From Octopus sinensis (taxonomy: Eukaryota), in the NCBI RefSeq assembly GCF_006345805.1, contig NC_042997.1, positions 60,760,001-60,824,000 on the forward strand: a stretch of 64,000 nt of DNA. Direction: 5' to 3'. Of the stretch, positions 50,830-64,000 are shown in pieces (within the stretch, counting starts at the first letter, position 1; each line of letters opens with the position of its first letter). Both the position numbers and the translations under genes were made by a program. The notes beneath the pieces are model-generated. The model searched no databases. It saw only the letters and a list, made by a program, of their open reading frames with translations, and was not told the origin of the DNA.

Positions 50830-52064
50830 CTATATGAAAAGATGGAAACATCATGGATTACAGTTTCGTTCTGAAAACAATTTTACATGTATTGGAAATG
50901 CTAAGTGCAATATAGATGCATTTATTTACTAGTATCAGTTATAAATGCTTGCTTAATTAACATAAATATTCTATTTAACTTATCTCAAATGTGCAAAAAG
51001 TTTCTTTTATAACTTTAGTGTAAACAACAAATCATTTACCATCATAAATAATCAATACTAATTAATAATTAATATTTACTCCTAATTATATCATAATTAA
51101 CTTTTATCTTGAGTCAAACCTAATCTTTATTCAAATTTCTGCAGTTTATAATTCACATTAGTTTCTCTGAATTCTAACAAATTTTTAAACATATACATAC
51201 ATGAAGTTTTGTTCAACTTAGTCATTTGGTTAACCAGTTGTTAATTTAATGTTGGATATTTTGACAGCAAATGTCTCAAATACTTCATGAAAAACTTTAT
51301 CTCCAAAATTGCAATCTACTGGAATTAACTCCTTGCCCACATTTTCCCAATAGAATTTTAAGCTAAACATCAACTACAATAATCTTATCAATTTAGGATA
51401 GTTTGCCAAGTAAACAAGCACCTCCCTTCTTTCCTGTATGAAACTGCAAATAAAATATTTGTAGCAGACACCATTCTGTTTGTGGTAATCTTTAACATGC
51501 AACAATAAATTAGTATTCACAATCCACCCTTTTTTCAGATGGTCCATTACAAGTTGTGCAGCTGCTGTTCAAATAAGAGCTCTGAAGATCATTATTCACT
51601 AAAATTAATATCTATCATCTATTAATGACTCTTATGGTTAAAGCCCATTCTGTACACTAAAATATTTCTGTTCAATATATAACCTTCTTTCAGTTGCACC
51701 TATATACATATCCAGGTCAAGTGTATATCCACCAAGTTTGATATTGCATCCTTCATTCTTCAACCCAACAGACTCACCAAAATCCTAAATATAAAAAAAA
51801 AGCCAACAAATTTGTTCTATTTCTACCTTTCATATGTTACACAATATTTTTCCAATGTTTGCGTTCTTTTACTTATTTTTATATTGGAGTTGATCCAAGA
51901 TTTCTCAAAAGGTTTTTATATTATATTAATATAACCTTATTTTTATGTGTCCAAACATAACACACAGTCCTAAAGATGAAGTTGAGTCAAACAGAAAATG
52001 CAATTTTTAAAATCTTCAATTCTAAAAAGAAAATAATAAACAAAAGAAAATAGAATTTTTTTAC

Positions 52065-52166
52065 CTGATATAATAAAGTATCCAACATACTAGCACTAAA
52101 GACATTGCCAGCTGCAAATGGTAATCTGAACATGTAGTACATATGGGATCCTTTCTCTTTTTCTTT
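52065..52166 (-). CDS. Slo2: Slo2/KCNT exon ([34 protein letters not shown])
   Basis: Contains the conserved MFRLPFAAG and SMLDTLLYQ. Acceptor ttttttaaag, donor gtaaaa. 102 nt. The 5' edge could use another AG in the purine run. Confidence 0.95.
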
Positions 52167-52988
52167 CTTTAAAAAATAAAAAAAATAGATAAAATGTTCT
52201 TTGCATTCTTATTCCTTTTATCAGTTTTAATTCTTTAGAGAAACGATGGAAAATTAAGAAACATAAACATCAAACAAATTATGTTAGGGAATAGTAGTCA
52301 AAAGTTTGTGTCAAATGTAAATCTTTAATGAAAGAATAGAAAGTAAGGCTTTCATAAAATTTCAGTAACACATCAAGATGACTTTTGTAAAAATTTCTTC
52401 CATCACAGATTGAGACAATATATGCAGATCATTTCAGCAAAATTTGTGGATCTTTTCTCTATCTCTAACCATAATTTTAATCCAGTGTATTCTTTAAAGT
52501 ACAAGTAATTGAACACAAACACTTTTTGCAATCATGTGGTTCCAAGTATGATCCTAAGATGAAGTACTTGGGACAAAAGTATTCTATCACAGCCTTGGCT
52601 GATGAACACCAAGTGGGAGAAATTTAGTAGACAGGCACAGCATGGAAGCTTGTCGCATCTGTGCATACACACTTATGGGCAGTAAAGAAATAAGAAAATG
52701 AAGGGGAGTTTATTTTCGAATGAAAAAAAATTACCTTAATTTGAAAAATAAAAGAAATATAAAAAACCCACATTATTTATGGGATGACTCAACAGAATGA
52801 TGGAGAACCCCTTGTTTCAAATGTTTATAATGTCCTATCACATAAGTAATATAATTCCAAATATTCTTTCAGTAACTCATGTGCTTGTATATTAAAAAAA
52901 CTACCACTATTTTAGGAAAATATGTGTGAGAGAAACTTCCAACATTCCTGATCTTTCAGCAAGTTTTAAGATGAGAAAACACACTTAC

Positions 52989-53100
52989 CTTTTCAATTTT
53001 GGAAACTTGGAATGAATAAGAATCTTTTGCTCGGAATTGCATAAATCTCATATTGGATGACTGTGATAATTCTGTGATGATATTAGCACTAGGAAATAAT
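52989..53100 (-). CDS. Slo2: Slo2/KCNT exon ([37 protein letters not shown])
   Basis: Contains the conserved [12 protein letters not shown]. Acceptor ctttttag, donor gtaagt. 112 nt, phase 2 to 0. Confidence 0.97.
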
Positions 53101-54867
53101 CTAAAAAGAGGAAAAATTCAGCTGTTTTATATTTTAAAAAAAATAACGTTTTAGAAATAGAAACTTGCATGTTTTTGCATTTGTTCATTTTATGCCTATT
53201 TTTCCATGCCAGCATGGATTAGATTTATATGAAGCAGCATTTTATGACAAGATGTCCTCCCTGTCACCATCTTTTAGCCGTTCTAGAAAGGATATTGTAA
53301 AAAAAAATGGCAGAACACTGGAACACATTATTAACAAGGAATGTAAACATCACTGTTTTAGTCAGGTAGTATCAACATTTATACATGTGCATACATGCAT
53401 GCATGTATACACACACACACACGCATGACAGGTTTTCATAGATTCTGTCAACCAGTTCCATTCTCAAGGCATTGGTAATCCTGAGGCTAAAGTAGCAGAC
53501 TCTTGCCAAGGTTTCCATGAAGCCAGATAGAATTTGAAACCACATGGTTATAAGACAAACTCTGTTGCAACATAACCATGCCCATACATCTTGAAATCAG
53601 CTTCAATCAGAACAGATTTTCATTTCCAACTTTTAAAAAAATATATTAATATTCTTGTTATAAATTTAATACCATTAAAAAAACAATTTGAATGTCATTT
53701 GAATAAATTCTACTGATTAACACACACTTAAATTTGAATTTCTTTTAGTCTGCTTTGAAACCACATTTTTTGTACAAAACTAAATGATCTGATCTATTTA
53801 GTATATCAGTTAAGTTTGGATGATGGCAATGCCTGCTCTCTAAAAATTTGGATTTGATAAAGTAGATATATAGTTGACATTAAGACTAAGTATAGAAAAT
53901 ATTTAATTATTGATCTATTTTTAGTAATAAAGAAAATTTAAAATGTTTCAAGAAGTTATTTTGCTACCTGTGTATGTTTGAATATTATTAAAAAAATACC
54001 TCAATAATTTCTGCATACAGTGTTATATGCATAAAATATTCAAAGGTATTAAAAAGGTGTGTAAAATAAAATATATAAAATTTAGCTGATAAACAAAATA
54101 TATAAATTTAGTTGATAAACAAAATTCGTTGGAAATAATATATATATACAGGTTACACCAGTTAACGATGTGAGTAGTGGCCGTGGTTACTTATACATTT
54201 CCTTTAAGAAATGTGTTTGTTCCATCACTGTGAAATACTATGTATTCAAAGTCTGCTCTATCTCTATTTTCTTCTTTCCCTCTGCATTTTTGTATTCTTT
54301 TACTAGTATCTGTCTTTGGGCAGCAGCCATGTGAGGCACTGTTTCCAAGGGTTTTAATGATTATATTGATCCCAGAATGTCATCTCGTAATTATTTTATT
54401 GATTGCATAAAGGATATAAGGAAAATACGCCCATGATGGAAATGGACCAAACTTGAATGGAACTAAGTACCACAAAGTATTTTTTGCTTGAAACACTGAG
54501 TTTACTCAGATATCCCTTACTGATTCTCCCCACCACACACACACACACAAATCAGGTCAAGTTTTTTTTTTTTTTTTACACAGTTTTCTGATTTGCAAAC
54601 ATTAACTTGCAAGACTTTGGTTGGCATAAGGTTTTGGTAGAAGTCACTTTCTCAAAGTGCAGCATAGTGGGATTGAATCAGAAATTACATGGTTGCAAAA
54701 TGAACTTCTTTGCTTCATAGACATGCCTGTATTGATTTCTCTCAGATATTTGAGTTCTGTCTCAGATCAGATGTAGTCAGAAACCATTCAACAACAAAGA
54801 ATTGTACTACATTTTGTATATAACAGACATATCAAATATTTCGCCAATGTAATATTTAACTACTTAC

Positions 54868-55002
54868 TTGAATATGGTCTGGACAGCAACAATTGTATTA
54901 CAATCTGATAAGGTATCTTCTTCTGCTGAATTCGAACTTTCTTTATTCACAATGACCACATTATCAGCAAGCGTAATGCCTGCCCTAAGAAGATCATCTA
55001 GA
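54868..55002 (-). CDS. Slo2: Slo2/KCNT exon ([44 protein letters not shown])
   Basis: Resembles KCNT1 [44 protein letters not shown]. Acceptor ttttatag, donor gtaagt. 135 nt. Confidence 0.97.
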
Positions 55003-55166
55003 CTATAAAAATAAATACGAATATGTTAATAAGTATTAAAATATTTGCCAAAAGTACATACAAAGTCTTAGATTTCGATATAAATTGATGTACCAAATAT
55101 TTTCATCTTTGGCGATAAATGGTTATGCTTTCTTTGCAGTAACAGATGAAATGAAAATAATTAATT

Positions 55167-55293
<127 letters not shown>

Positions 55294-55978
55294 AATGTCC
55301 ATATTATTTCTAAGAGGAAGTATGCTGATGACTCTTGAGTTACAAGTTTGTAAAACAACTTGATATATGCAACTAAAATAGCATTAAATTAAAATTAACA
55401 TCTGTGTATCATGCTAAATGTTTACACAACATTAAAAGACAAGATGCTGTGAAAATGTCTAAGATAAAATTTGTTCATAGACTTGAGTTAAAGGAACAAT
55501 ATATATTGGAACAAGATGAACATCTTCACTGTAGTGTTTCAAGAGAATGACATGTGTTTCACCAATGGTGGGGCTTAGATCGTGGTTACAAGTTTGTATT
55601 TTGGAGAAGTGTACTATAACAGCAGAACTATAGAATTGCATTGTCACGACTTTACTGTACTTGATTTTAAAAATATTAATACTTGCACTGTCTCATTGCC
55701 ACAGGTAGAGTCTTTGGATTTGCTTGTATCTCCTCTTCGGCAAAAATATTTGCTAATTTAATTTCAGTTTCCTTTTAATTGCAGGTTAGGATTTGTTGGG
55801 TAAAAACAGCATTCTTTTGAAAACCACAACACAAAGAAACTATTCCAAGTGAGAGATACCAAACAACTTGATCAACTATTATCTCATATTTTGTATGTCT
55901 TTACTTCATTCTAGATGTGAATGGTTTTACTTTTTGCAATGTTGTTGAGGGAAAGTCAAAAATTAATCATTTACTTAC

Positions 55979-56050
55979 CATTCTATCGATCCTAGCATCC
56001 AGTAAACTAATGGAAAGTAACATATTGTCTCTAAGAAATTAGTATCTGGT
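55979..56050 (-). CDS. Slo2: Slo2/KCNT exon (K-PDTNFLETICYFPLVYWMLGSIE-C)
   Basis: Resembles KCNT1 [21 protein letters not shown]. Acceptor ttatttcag, donor gtaagt. 72 nt, phase 2 to 2. Confidence 0.95.
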
Positions 56051-56355
56051 CTGAAATAAAAATTATAATTAAGCATACAATTAAAAGAACAATTTTTAAA
56101 AAATAAAATATAAAAAAGGAGAAAAAATATGAAAATTCGTAAAGGTAACTGAAAAATTATACAATTTAATAGTAGAGATTTGTTACATTAACACAAGGAC
56201 AAGCACAGTCAAATGAATCAACCTAGTAATTGCTGGACACTTATTTTATCAATCTTAGAAGAAAAACAAATTAATTTCACCCCTCTACTTTCGGGGCCAT
56301 CGAATTATTTAATCTAACATTACTGTTTCTGATACTTCATCATTCTCTCTCTCTC

Positions 56356-56389
<34 letters not shown>

Positions 56390-56962
56390 TAATAATAATA
56401 ATAATATAAATAGAATTAGTGTTACATTAATATAATTTTTACAGTGTGCTTTCATTGCACAACTTAGTGCAATTCTATGTGCTTTGGGTGCAGATGTTAT
56501 GTTTTTTTGTTTTGGTTTTGTGTTTTTCTATTGTACAGAAGAAAGGTGAACATTTCTTGTAGCAATATCTTCTGTGTATTATATATATGGAAGTTTTGGT
56601 GTTTTAGTTATATATTAGTCTAAATTTATTTTTATCATACTCAAGGCATTTATTAAGGTTTTTTTTTTATATATTGGCGATAACAACAATCTAGTTATTT
56701 CCATTTGGATAGTTTCTACATTTCTTTCAGAGATATATATATGCTGAAAATGATATATTACAACATATTTCCTTTTCTGATCATTTTGACAAGAATGTAT
56801 AGAGATTTCTTTTAATATTTCTGTTTGTGTCAATTGTAACATCTGACAGTATGGACACTTTGCTATTTTCTGAACTGTTTGTGGTGTGAAGTTTGCACCC
56901 CCGCATTTGTTTGGTTATTCCATAATACTAATAATTACTGGTGTGTGAACTTGTTAATTCTC

Positions 56963-57020
<58 letters not shown>

Positions 57021-57030
57021 GTATAGTAGA

Positions 57031-57398
57031 GGCACAATGGCCCAGTGGTTAAGGCAGTGGACTCGCGGTCATAGGATCACAGTTTTGATTCCCAGACCAA
57101 GTGTTGTGAGTGTTTATTGAACAAAAACACCTAAAGCTCCACGAGGCTCTGGTAGGGGGTGGTGGTGAACCCTGCTGTACTCTTTCACCTCAACTTTCTC
57201 TCCCTCTTTCTATTGTACTCATATTTTCAAAGGGCCAGCCTTGTCACACTCTGTGTCACACTGAATCTCCCTGAGAACTACATTAAGGGTATTCATGTCT
57301 GTGGAGTACTCAATCACTTGCACGTTAATTTCACAAGCAGGCTGTTCCATTGATCGGTTCAACTGGAACCCTTGTCATCGTAACTGGCAGAGTGCCAC
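57031..57398 (+). mobile_element. tRNA-derived SINE with clear A and B boxes, next to (TA)n
   Basis: Head ggcacaatggcccagtggttaaggcagtggactcgcggtcataggatcacagttttgattcccag. The 3' core is shared with 4942-5245. Confidence 0.8.
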
Positions 57399-59659
57399 GA
57401 TATATATATTCACTATGAAAGCTAACACTAGTCAACTTTAAAAAATATAATTACATATATGTAATTTCTCTTTGTACTCTGCTTCAAAAGTTTTTGGTAA
57501 TATGGGATGGCTATCAAAAATTTTTTAGTCACAACTCGAGCTCTGTGCTCAGTTTCCTTATTATTCAACACTATTGGCCAGATTGCAATTCTATTTCCAT
57601 TTAGCTTTTATGTTTTTGCTAGTTCCAGTTGTTTTTCATCCTTCAAAGGCTGTTTAATACTTACAATCCAACAAAAGATATTTCAAAATAATTTTCTAGT
57701 TGCAGAAGACCTCTACATCTCAGTATTTGTGATAGATGCAATCTTTCAGTGTTGGCTTTTGAGTGCATATTCTAAATGCAGTCATTATTTTCCTTATTTT
57801 CTTAACTAGTCTTTCTTAGATTATGTAGAGGACATAGTAAAATTATTACTAGGACAACTTAAATACATCCTTTTTCACATTTAACTTTTCTTCAAGTATT
57901 AATCTAATGTATCTAAAAGATCTCCTGAGTATATCTGTGTTTAATCTTATTCCTTATCTGTTTCTTTATCTAATATAGTGTTAGTGGCTCCAGTTAGTCT
58001 TTGCTTTTTTTTTTTTTTTCGATAGTCATCTTGACACATCTATTTCCCTACTAAATCTATATGCCAAGGTTTCCAGCTTTTATCCGATCTGCAGCAAACA
58101 ACTTGATAAACAGGATATGATTTATTGTTATCCCAAAATAACACCATTCTTATCCATTCTAATTTTGTATTTTGGTTAAAAGTTTTAGTGAAAAAAAAAA
58201 AAATCAAAAAATGGGGTGGAGGAAATGAATCTCCTTTGTATGGATTTCTTTAATAGAGATAAGATGGTTTTTATAATTTCCTTTCACAAAATTGTTTTCC
58301 ATTTCATGACATATTTGACTTGTTAATGCTGCTGCCTTACTCAGGATAATGTTTCTTGAATTCACAAACAGAAAACACTGGCAAAATCAATCAGTGGCAA
58401 TCCATTTACTGTTGACACTCCACTCAAAAGAATCTACTCTACTTGGTATTGTTGTGACATTGGTACTTGATTTTGTTTTATGTAGTTCTTGTAAATTATT
58501 GGTTAGAGAGATGAATTGTTTGTCTTGTTCAAAGAAGTCTTTTCCACTTTTATGGATAAAATCTTTGATTTAGCAAGCATTGTATCTTTGCTTCTTTTCT
58601 TCGTTTTGGATACTTATATTTCTTTTTGTGCTTTTTTTGATATTGATTATATTTAAAATTGAGATATTTTCTTCTATTTTATTTCTGTATGTTTGTTTTA
58701 CCTTAGTGTGCATTTGAGTTTTGAGGAATTATACACTTTCCTTTGTTGTTGTTGCTATTTAGTGGCAGGTCAACTATGATCAGATGCATTCCAACCATAA
58801 TCTTTCCATCTATTTTTAAAGGTATCTGGGTCTTTTCTGGTTGTCACCAGGTACCCAAGACACTGAGAAACTAAAAGAAGAAACCATGGCAGACACTAGC
58901 TGGCTACAGAAAGTTTAGCTAAATAACATACTATGTTGTGTGTAGGGACGGATGGCTTCAAGATCCATGACTGCCAACACTTGTAGGCATGTCACATGAA
59001 GAAAGATCTAGAACTACATAGTCTAATGTGACTTTCCTTATTAAAGATAAGGTGTAAACTGTGGGTAATTTAGCTGCTATTTCTGGCATAACTTAGCAGT
59101 TCAGCCAAAAGAGACTGATGGAATAAGTGCTAGGCTTCAAAAAATAAGTCTGAAGGTTGATCTGTCCGAGTAAAAACCATTCAATATGGTGCCTCAGCAT
59201 GGCTGTATTAAAATGATTGAAACAATCAAAAGATAAAAGATATATCAAATGACCAAATTGAGAGCCCATTGTTGATTTGACATTCCTCTGTGATTATTAC
59301 AGCTGTCCCTTTCATTATCTGATTTATTTTGATAAAGAAGATATACAAGATAATTTTTAACAGGTGTATGATTTATTATTTATAATTAATAGAGATGAGG
59401 CTCTTCTTCATCCCTATTAATCAGAAAAATTCTGTTGTCACTGTATGAAAATTTGCTTGGCACATAGAATTGGAAGAGTTGTCTATACAAAATGTATGGA
59501 TAGCACATAGCATTGGGATAGGTGTTTATAAACTGTATACAAGAATTTAGGGATGAAGGATTGAAAAAGAGATAAAAATGGATATGTTTATGCTGATTCC
59601 TACTACTATTCAAACAAGTAACATAACATGGTTGGAATAAAAGATACTGCTCCTTATGT

Positions 59660-60900
59660 TTTGAGTTCAATTTTTGCCTTTCATCTTTTCAGGGGCCAAT
59701 AAAATAGAGTATCAGTTGAATAACAATGGGATCAATGTAATCAGCTTACTTCTCTAAAATTGCTGGCCTTGTGTGAAAATTTGTAACCATTATTTCTTAA
59801 AGCTGGTGAGCTGGCAGAATCATTAGCATGCCAGACAAAATGCTTAACAGCAATTTTTCTGGCATTACATTCAGAGTTCAAATTCTGCTGAGGTTTACTT
59901 TGCCTTTCATCCTTTCACAGTTGATAAAACAAGTCCCAGCTGAGCACTGAGTTTGATGTAATGAACTAGCCTCATCTTCCAATATTTCAGGCTTGTGCCT
60001 ATAGCAGAAAGGATTACTATAGCACACTGAGCGAAATGCTTAGTGATATTTTGTCTGTTGGTATATTCTGAGTTCAAATTCTGCTGAGGTTGACTTTGCC
60101 TTTCATCCTTTTGGGGTCAATAAATTAAGTACCAGTGAAACACTGGGGTTGCTGTAAATGACTAGTTCCCTCCCCACAAATTTTTGAGGCCTTGTGTCTA
60201 TAGAAGAAAGAATTATTATTATCATCATTGTTATCATCATCATTATAATCAAGGTAGTGAGCTAGTAGATTAGTTACCACACAAGACAAAACACAATGCT
60301 TAGCAGATTTCCTTCCTGGTCTTTACATTCTGTGTTCAAAAGTTCCCAAGGTCAACTTTGTCTTTCATCTTTTTTAAGGTCAATAAAATAAGCACAAGTT
60401 CAGCACTGAGGTTGATGTAATTGACTAACCCCGTCCCCTAAAATTGTTGGCCTTATGCCATTATTATTATTACAGTGGTGAGCTGACAGTATCATTAGTG
60501 TGTTTTTGGTGTTTCATTTGAGTTTTTACCTTCTTATTTTAAAATTTCACAGAGGTAAACTTACCTCCAAAATTACTAGTTTTGTGCCTTTGGAGTTGAA
60601 TCAACCAGCTTTACTCTAAGTCAAAATTTCAAGCATGCCTATAGATATTTAGTTACTACCTTTACTCTCTTAATGAAAATATTATCTGGATCAAATTTAT
60701 CTTTCATCATACTGTGGTCAATATTGGGGTAAATATAACTGATTGTATGCACCTCCAATATTTGTAGTCTTGTATCTGTTTCAGAAATCATTGCTATTAC
60801 CATTACTGATATAGTCAACTTTATTGTTTAACCCTTCAAGAGAGATAAAATAAGTACCAATAATGTACTGAAGTAATTCAAATGACTGCAACTACATTCA
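59660..60900 (+). mobile_element. Head-to-tail array of at least four tRNA-SINE copies plus degenerate copies
   Basis: Units start ggtgagctggcagaatcattagc or variants at about 59805, 60025, 60255 and 60475 and end in ggccttgtgcct..(att)n. Confidence 0.8.
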
Positions 60901-62116
60901 TTTTCATACAAAAAGGTAGCTTTGTCTAATGTAAAAACAAGCATTATAATATTGGAGAATGTAGGGAATAGTTTACTAAGTAACACAAGGAGTGAAGACT
61001 CCAAATTTTCAGGCTCCTATCCTTCATTTTAGAGTGAGAAGAGAGAGAGGGAAAGAGATGTCAATTTGATTGCAAGTTATATTGTTTTGTTGTGAATGCA
61101 GAGTTTTAGAAATTTCCCAATAAGAATTTTAAAAAGAGAAGTTTTATTCAAGAATGAAAGTCATGCAAAGTCATCTTTTTTTTCCATATTCAACCAGCTC
61201 ACAGCAGACATGCTAAGAATTGTTGGGTAGGAGTAAGAAGGATGAAAAATTAGATCTTTAAGGATTATGTTTGGGTTTCATTTGGAGTTTGTGAAAGTTT
61301 GGTAACAATAAAAACAGTGAAAATGTGGACCACTCTTGATAATTTGCCATTGATCAGAGTTTGGTGGCAAAAAAAACAAAACAATAATCTCTGACTTACA
61401 ACTGATATACAAATGATCCTGAAATTTCCCTGTAGTAGATTCTATATCAAATTAGGAAAAACAGATGAAAAACTAATATTAGGTTCTGCTGTATTACATG
61501 TTACTTCAGTTAAAATAGCTTTTTAATGGACAACATTTTTGTTTATTATTTACATTAAATTCTAGATTCTAACAGCAATAAAAATGTTTATATATTAGTA
61601 TCATTGTTTTGTTGGTATTATAAAACATTTTGTTTATCAGCGTTAATTTTGAAAGGGTTTATATTGAAAAAAGAAAAGTATGTTAAAACACTGGAGCCAT
61701 ACCCTATATATGCTATATATGGAAAGTTTATTAAGTTTGTCAACCTACAAGCAATCTTGTATATTTATGATATCTTAAACAGAGAAATGTCTGCATGGAA
61801 AAAAATATTGTGTGTTTGCTTATTTAGAATGCCTTTAAACTAGAAGGATCAAAGAATAATTACAGGATATTTTTCTAACAGGAAAAAAAAAATTTACTCA
61901 TAATTTATATGAAAAATTTGAAACGTATCTCACTTTTTATTATATAAGAAATACAAATTACTATGCAAGAGAAACTAATGAGGTATCTTACCATTTATGA
62001 TAAATGTTTTCTTTTTTTGTCTCTATGCTTTGAGGCAGTTTTTAAAATACATAATTCCAATATTAACCAACATATAATTTCCAGCATATTTTTCAACTTG
62101 AAATACATATTTAAAC

Positions 62117-62764
62117 CAGAGGTGTCAAATTTGATTAGCTTTTTGGGCTGGATTGTAGATCTTGTAGATTAGACAGGGACAATTAGGGCAAAGAAAATGG
62201 ATAAAAGATTCAACATAAATTATAACAACTTTATTGATAGTAAAGAAAGGAAAGAATATGAAGTGTTAGCAAAACTTATGCATACACATGTGTGGGAAAA
62301 AACTAATCCACAGAGTATGTAAAAATATATACAGTCCCACTAAGTAAGAATCCTTAAAGTGGAAATCGAGAAAGAAATTATTGAAATGGATGTTTACAGT
62401 TCCTGAAAAAAATCAATGCTCATAAGAAAGTTTGCATTATTTCATTATAAAACCTTTTACTACATCTCATATCATTATATAAAAATGTACATAAATTTGA
62501 AATTAAAAAAAGTATAGACAAAGTGGAAATATGACACACCATTTAATATATGATTTTATGAGTTTCATTTTATTAGTGGAGATTATGAAAGATATTTTAA
62601 GACGCACTGATTTGACAAGTCAAAACCAGCATTACAATATTTTACAGAATATTTTAAAATGAAGACAATTTAGTGTAAATTTTTTTATGAAGTTGAACTA
62701 AGGACCAAACTAAACATTGCTACAGGCCTGATTAAGCCTGCAGGTTGTATATTTGACACCCCTG
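62117..62764. mobile_element. hAT-type non-autonomous element
   Basis: TIRs cagaggtgtcaaa and tttgacacccctg; 8 bp flanks atttaaac and ttttaaat resemble a TSD. Confidence 0.7.
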
Positions 62765-62975
62765 TTTTAAATAATGAAGCAAAATAAAAATCAATTATTC
62801 ATCAAACAGAAAGATTATCTTGTACCACTTTAACCCTGTACATAATGAAATTATTATATTCACTGTTTTAATATCCCTCTTAACAATTAAGGAAAAAAAT
62901 TGTAACAGTTTTTATGCTTTTCTATTTATGTTACAAAAACATAAAAGAATTATGAATATTAGGAAGAATACTTAC

Positions 62976-63148
62976 TTTTTTTCCAAAAGCAATACTATTG
63001 GGTTGAGAGTGTGTTTAGGACGAGCATGAGATCGGAGAGGCACAATAAAGTTGTACAAACCATTACTAGCATTATCAGCAGCTATAATAATTGCACGATT
63101 TGGCCAGTTGTAATCTTTTGCATTGATATAACTACAATGCTCACATGT
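62976..63148 (-). CDS. Slo2: Slo2/KCNT exon ([57 protein letters not shown])
   Basis: Contains the KCNT hallmarks [10 protein letters not shown] and NPIVLLL. Acceptor aatatag, donor gtaagt. 173 nt, phase 0 to 2. Confidence 0.96.
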
Positions 63149-63428
63149 CTATATTAAATAAAATTATATCAAAATAATGGTTAAAGAATTTTAGGCAATT
63201 TATATTAAACATGACTTTAAAAATATATTTTTAATAGTCATAAATTGTGGGATAATAGTAATGAAATACAAACAATTCATTAAAGGAATATGTAGACATT
63301 TAGGATAAATTTAGCTGAAATTGACCCTTTTTTTAGTAAATTATTTTATTAATTTGTGAATATTCAAAAATAAGTTAAATAAAAACAAATTAAATAAGTG
63401 AACATGAATCATTAAAATTTGATATTAC

Positions 63429-63534
63429 CGTAGCTAACTGCAAACAACAAAGTGGCCGTTTTTCTCTTAGAAGGTGACATAAAGTGGGACTTGTACCAAT
63501 ATATGGTGTAACTGGAGGGAATCCTCGAATGTAA
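63429..63534 (-). CDS. Slo2: Slo2/KCNT potassium channel, first exon in window ([35 protein letters not shown])
   Basis: Manual minus-strand translation resembles KCNT1 [24 protein letters not shown]. Acceptor ctcttcag, donor gtaata. 106 nt, phase 2 to 0. Confidence 0.95.
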
Positions 63535-64000
63535 CTGAAGAGTAAAATAGATATATTTTTTAAGAATCTATCATTTAATAGCTGATGAGTATTTTTTTAT
63601 AATTTATTTAACTTTATAAAACTGTATGCATTTATGCATAATATAGTTTAGAATTAGAAAGTAACATCTGATTATACAAATGATTATGGAATATAAAGAG
63701 AGGAAAATTCATTTTCTGTTGAAAATGTTACTTCAAAATTATATATCAAATTTGACAAAATAATGGTTTCAAAGTTTGGCAGAGGGCCAGCCATTTTTGA
63801 AGGGAAGGGGAAGTCAATTATATCAACACCAGTACTTAACAGGTAGTTATTTTATTGACCCCAAAAATAATGAAGAACAAAAGTTTGAGGAAAACTGTTA
63901 TGCATTTCATGGTAGTTAAGTAAGGAGTCTGAATGCTCTATTCATTAAATTTTGAAATATTTACAATTTGATTTTATATAAAATGATTTTACTATTTTAG

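Noticed and set aside
52597-52630. ctgatgaacaccaagtgggagaaattt, hammerhead-like
   Set aside because: It falls inside a degenerate SINE core and has no convincing stems.
55325-55345. ctgatgactcttgagttac, hammerhead-like start with a small hairpin
   Set aside because: There is no GAAA after stem II and no stem I or III.
57031-57105. tRNA-like sequence with A and B boxes
   Set aside because: It continues into a SINE body shared with another copy and the cloverleaf is degenerate, so it is a SINE head and not a tRNA gene.

Overview
AT-rich animal genomic DNA, most likely octopus/cephalopod, judged from the repeat families and microsatellite style (inference). The six-frame ORF track is almost all noise. 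The real gene is a spliced minus-strand Slo2/KCNT (Slack/Slick-type) potassium channel. I could assemble 11 GT-AG exons by hand (63534 down to 14772, 1480 nt, about 492 aa) that join in one open frame and encode the RCK2 region and C-terminus; the 5' part of the gene lies beyond the right edge. Introns and the downstream region hold tRNA-derived SINEs, RTE-type tails, decayed R4/Dong-like, RTE, Penelope-like and Gypsy retroelements, mariner/Tc1 and hAT relics, microsatellites and several near-identical local duplications. The most notable observations are: a recognisable minimal hammerhead-ribozyme motif in a Penelope-like repeat, plus decayed relatives; a 3.6 kb cluster of long fold-back palindromes inside the 30 kb intron; a perfect 75 bp hairpin downstream of the stop codon; a changed Na+-sensing motif (EKKPDT versus mammalian DNKPDH); and candidate microexons. 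I found no evidence for a wholly new system. Repeat boundaries are approximate; exon boundaries were read base by base.
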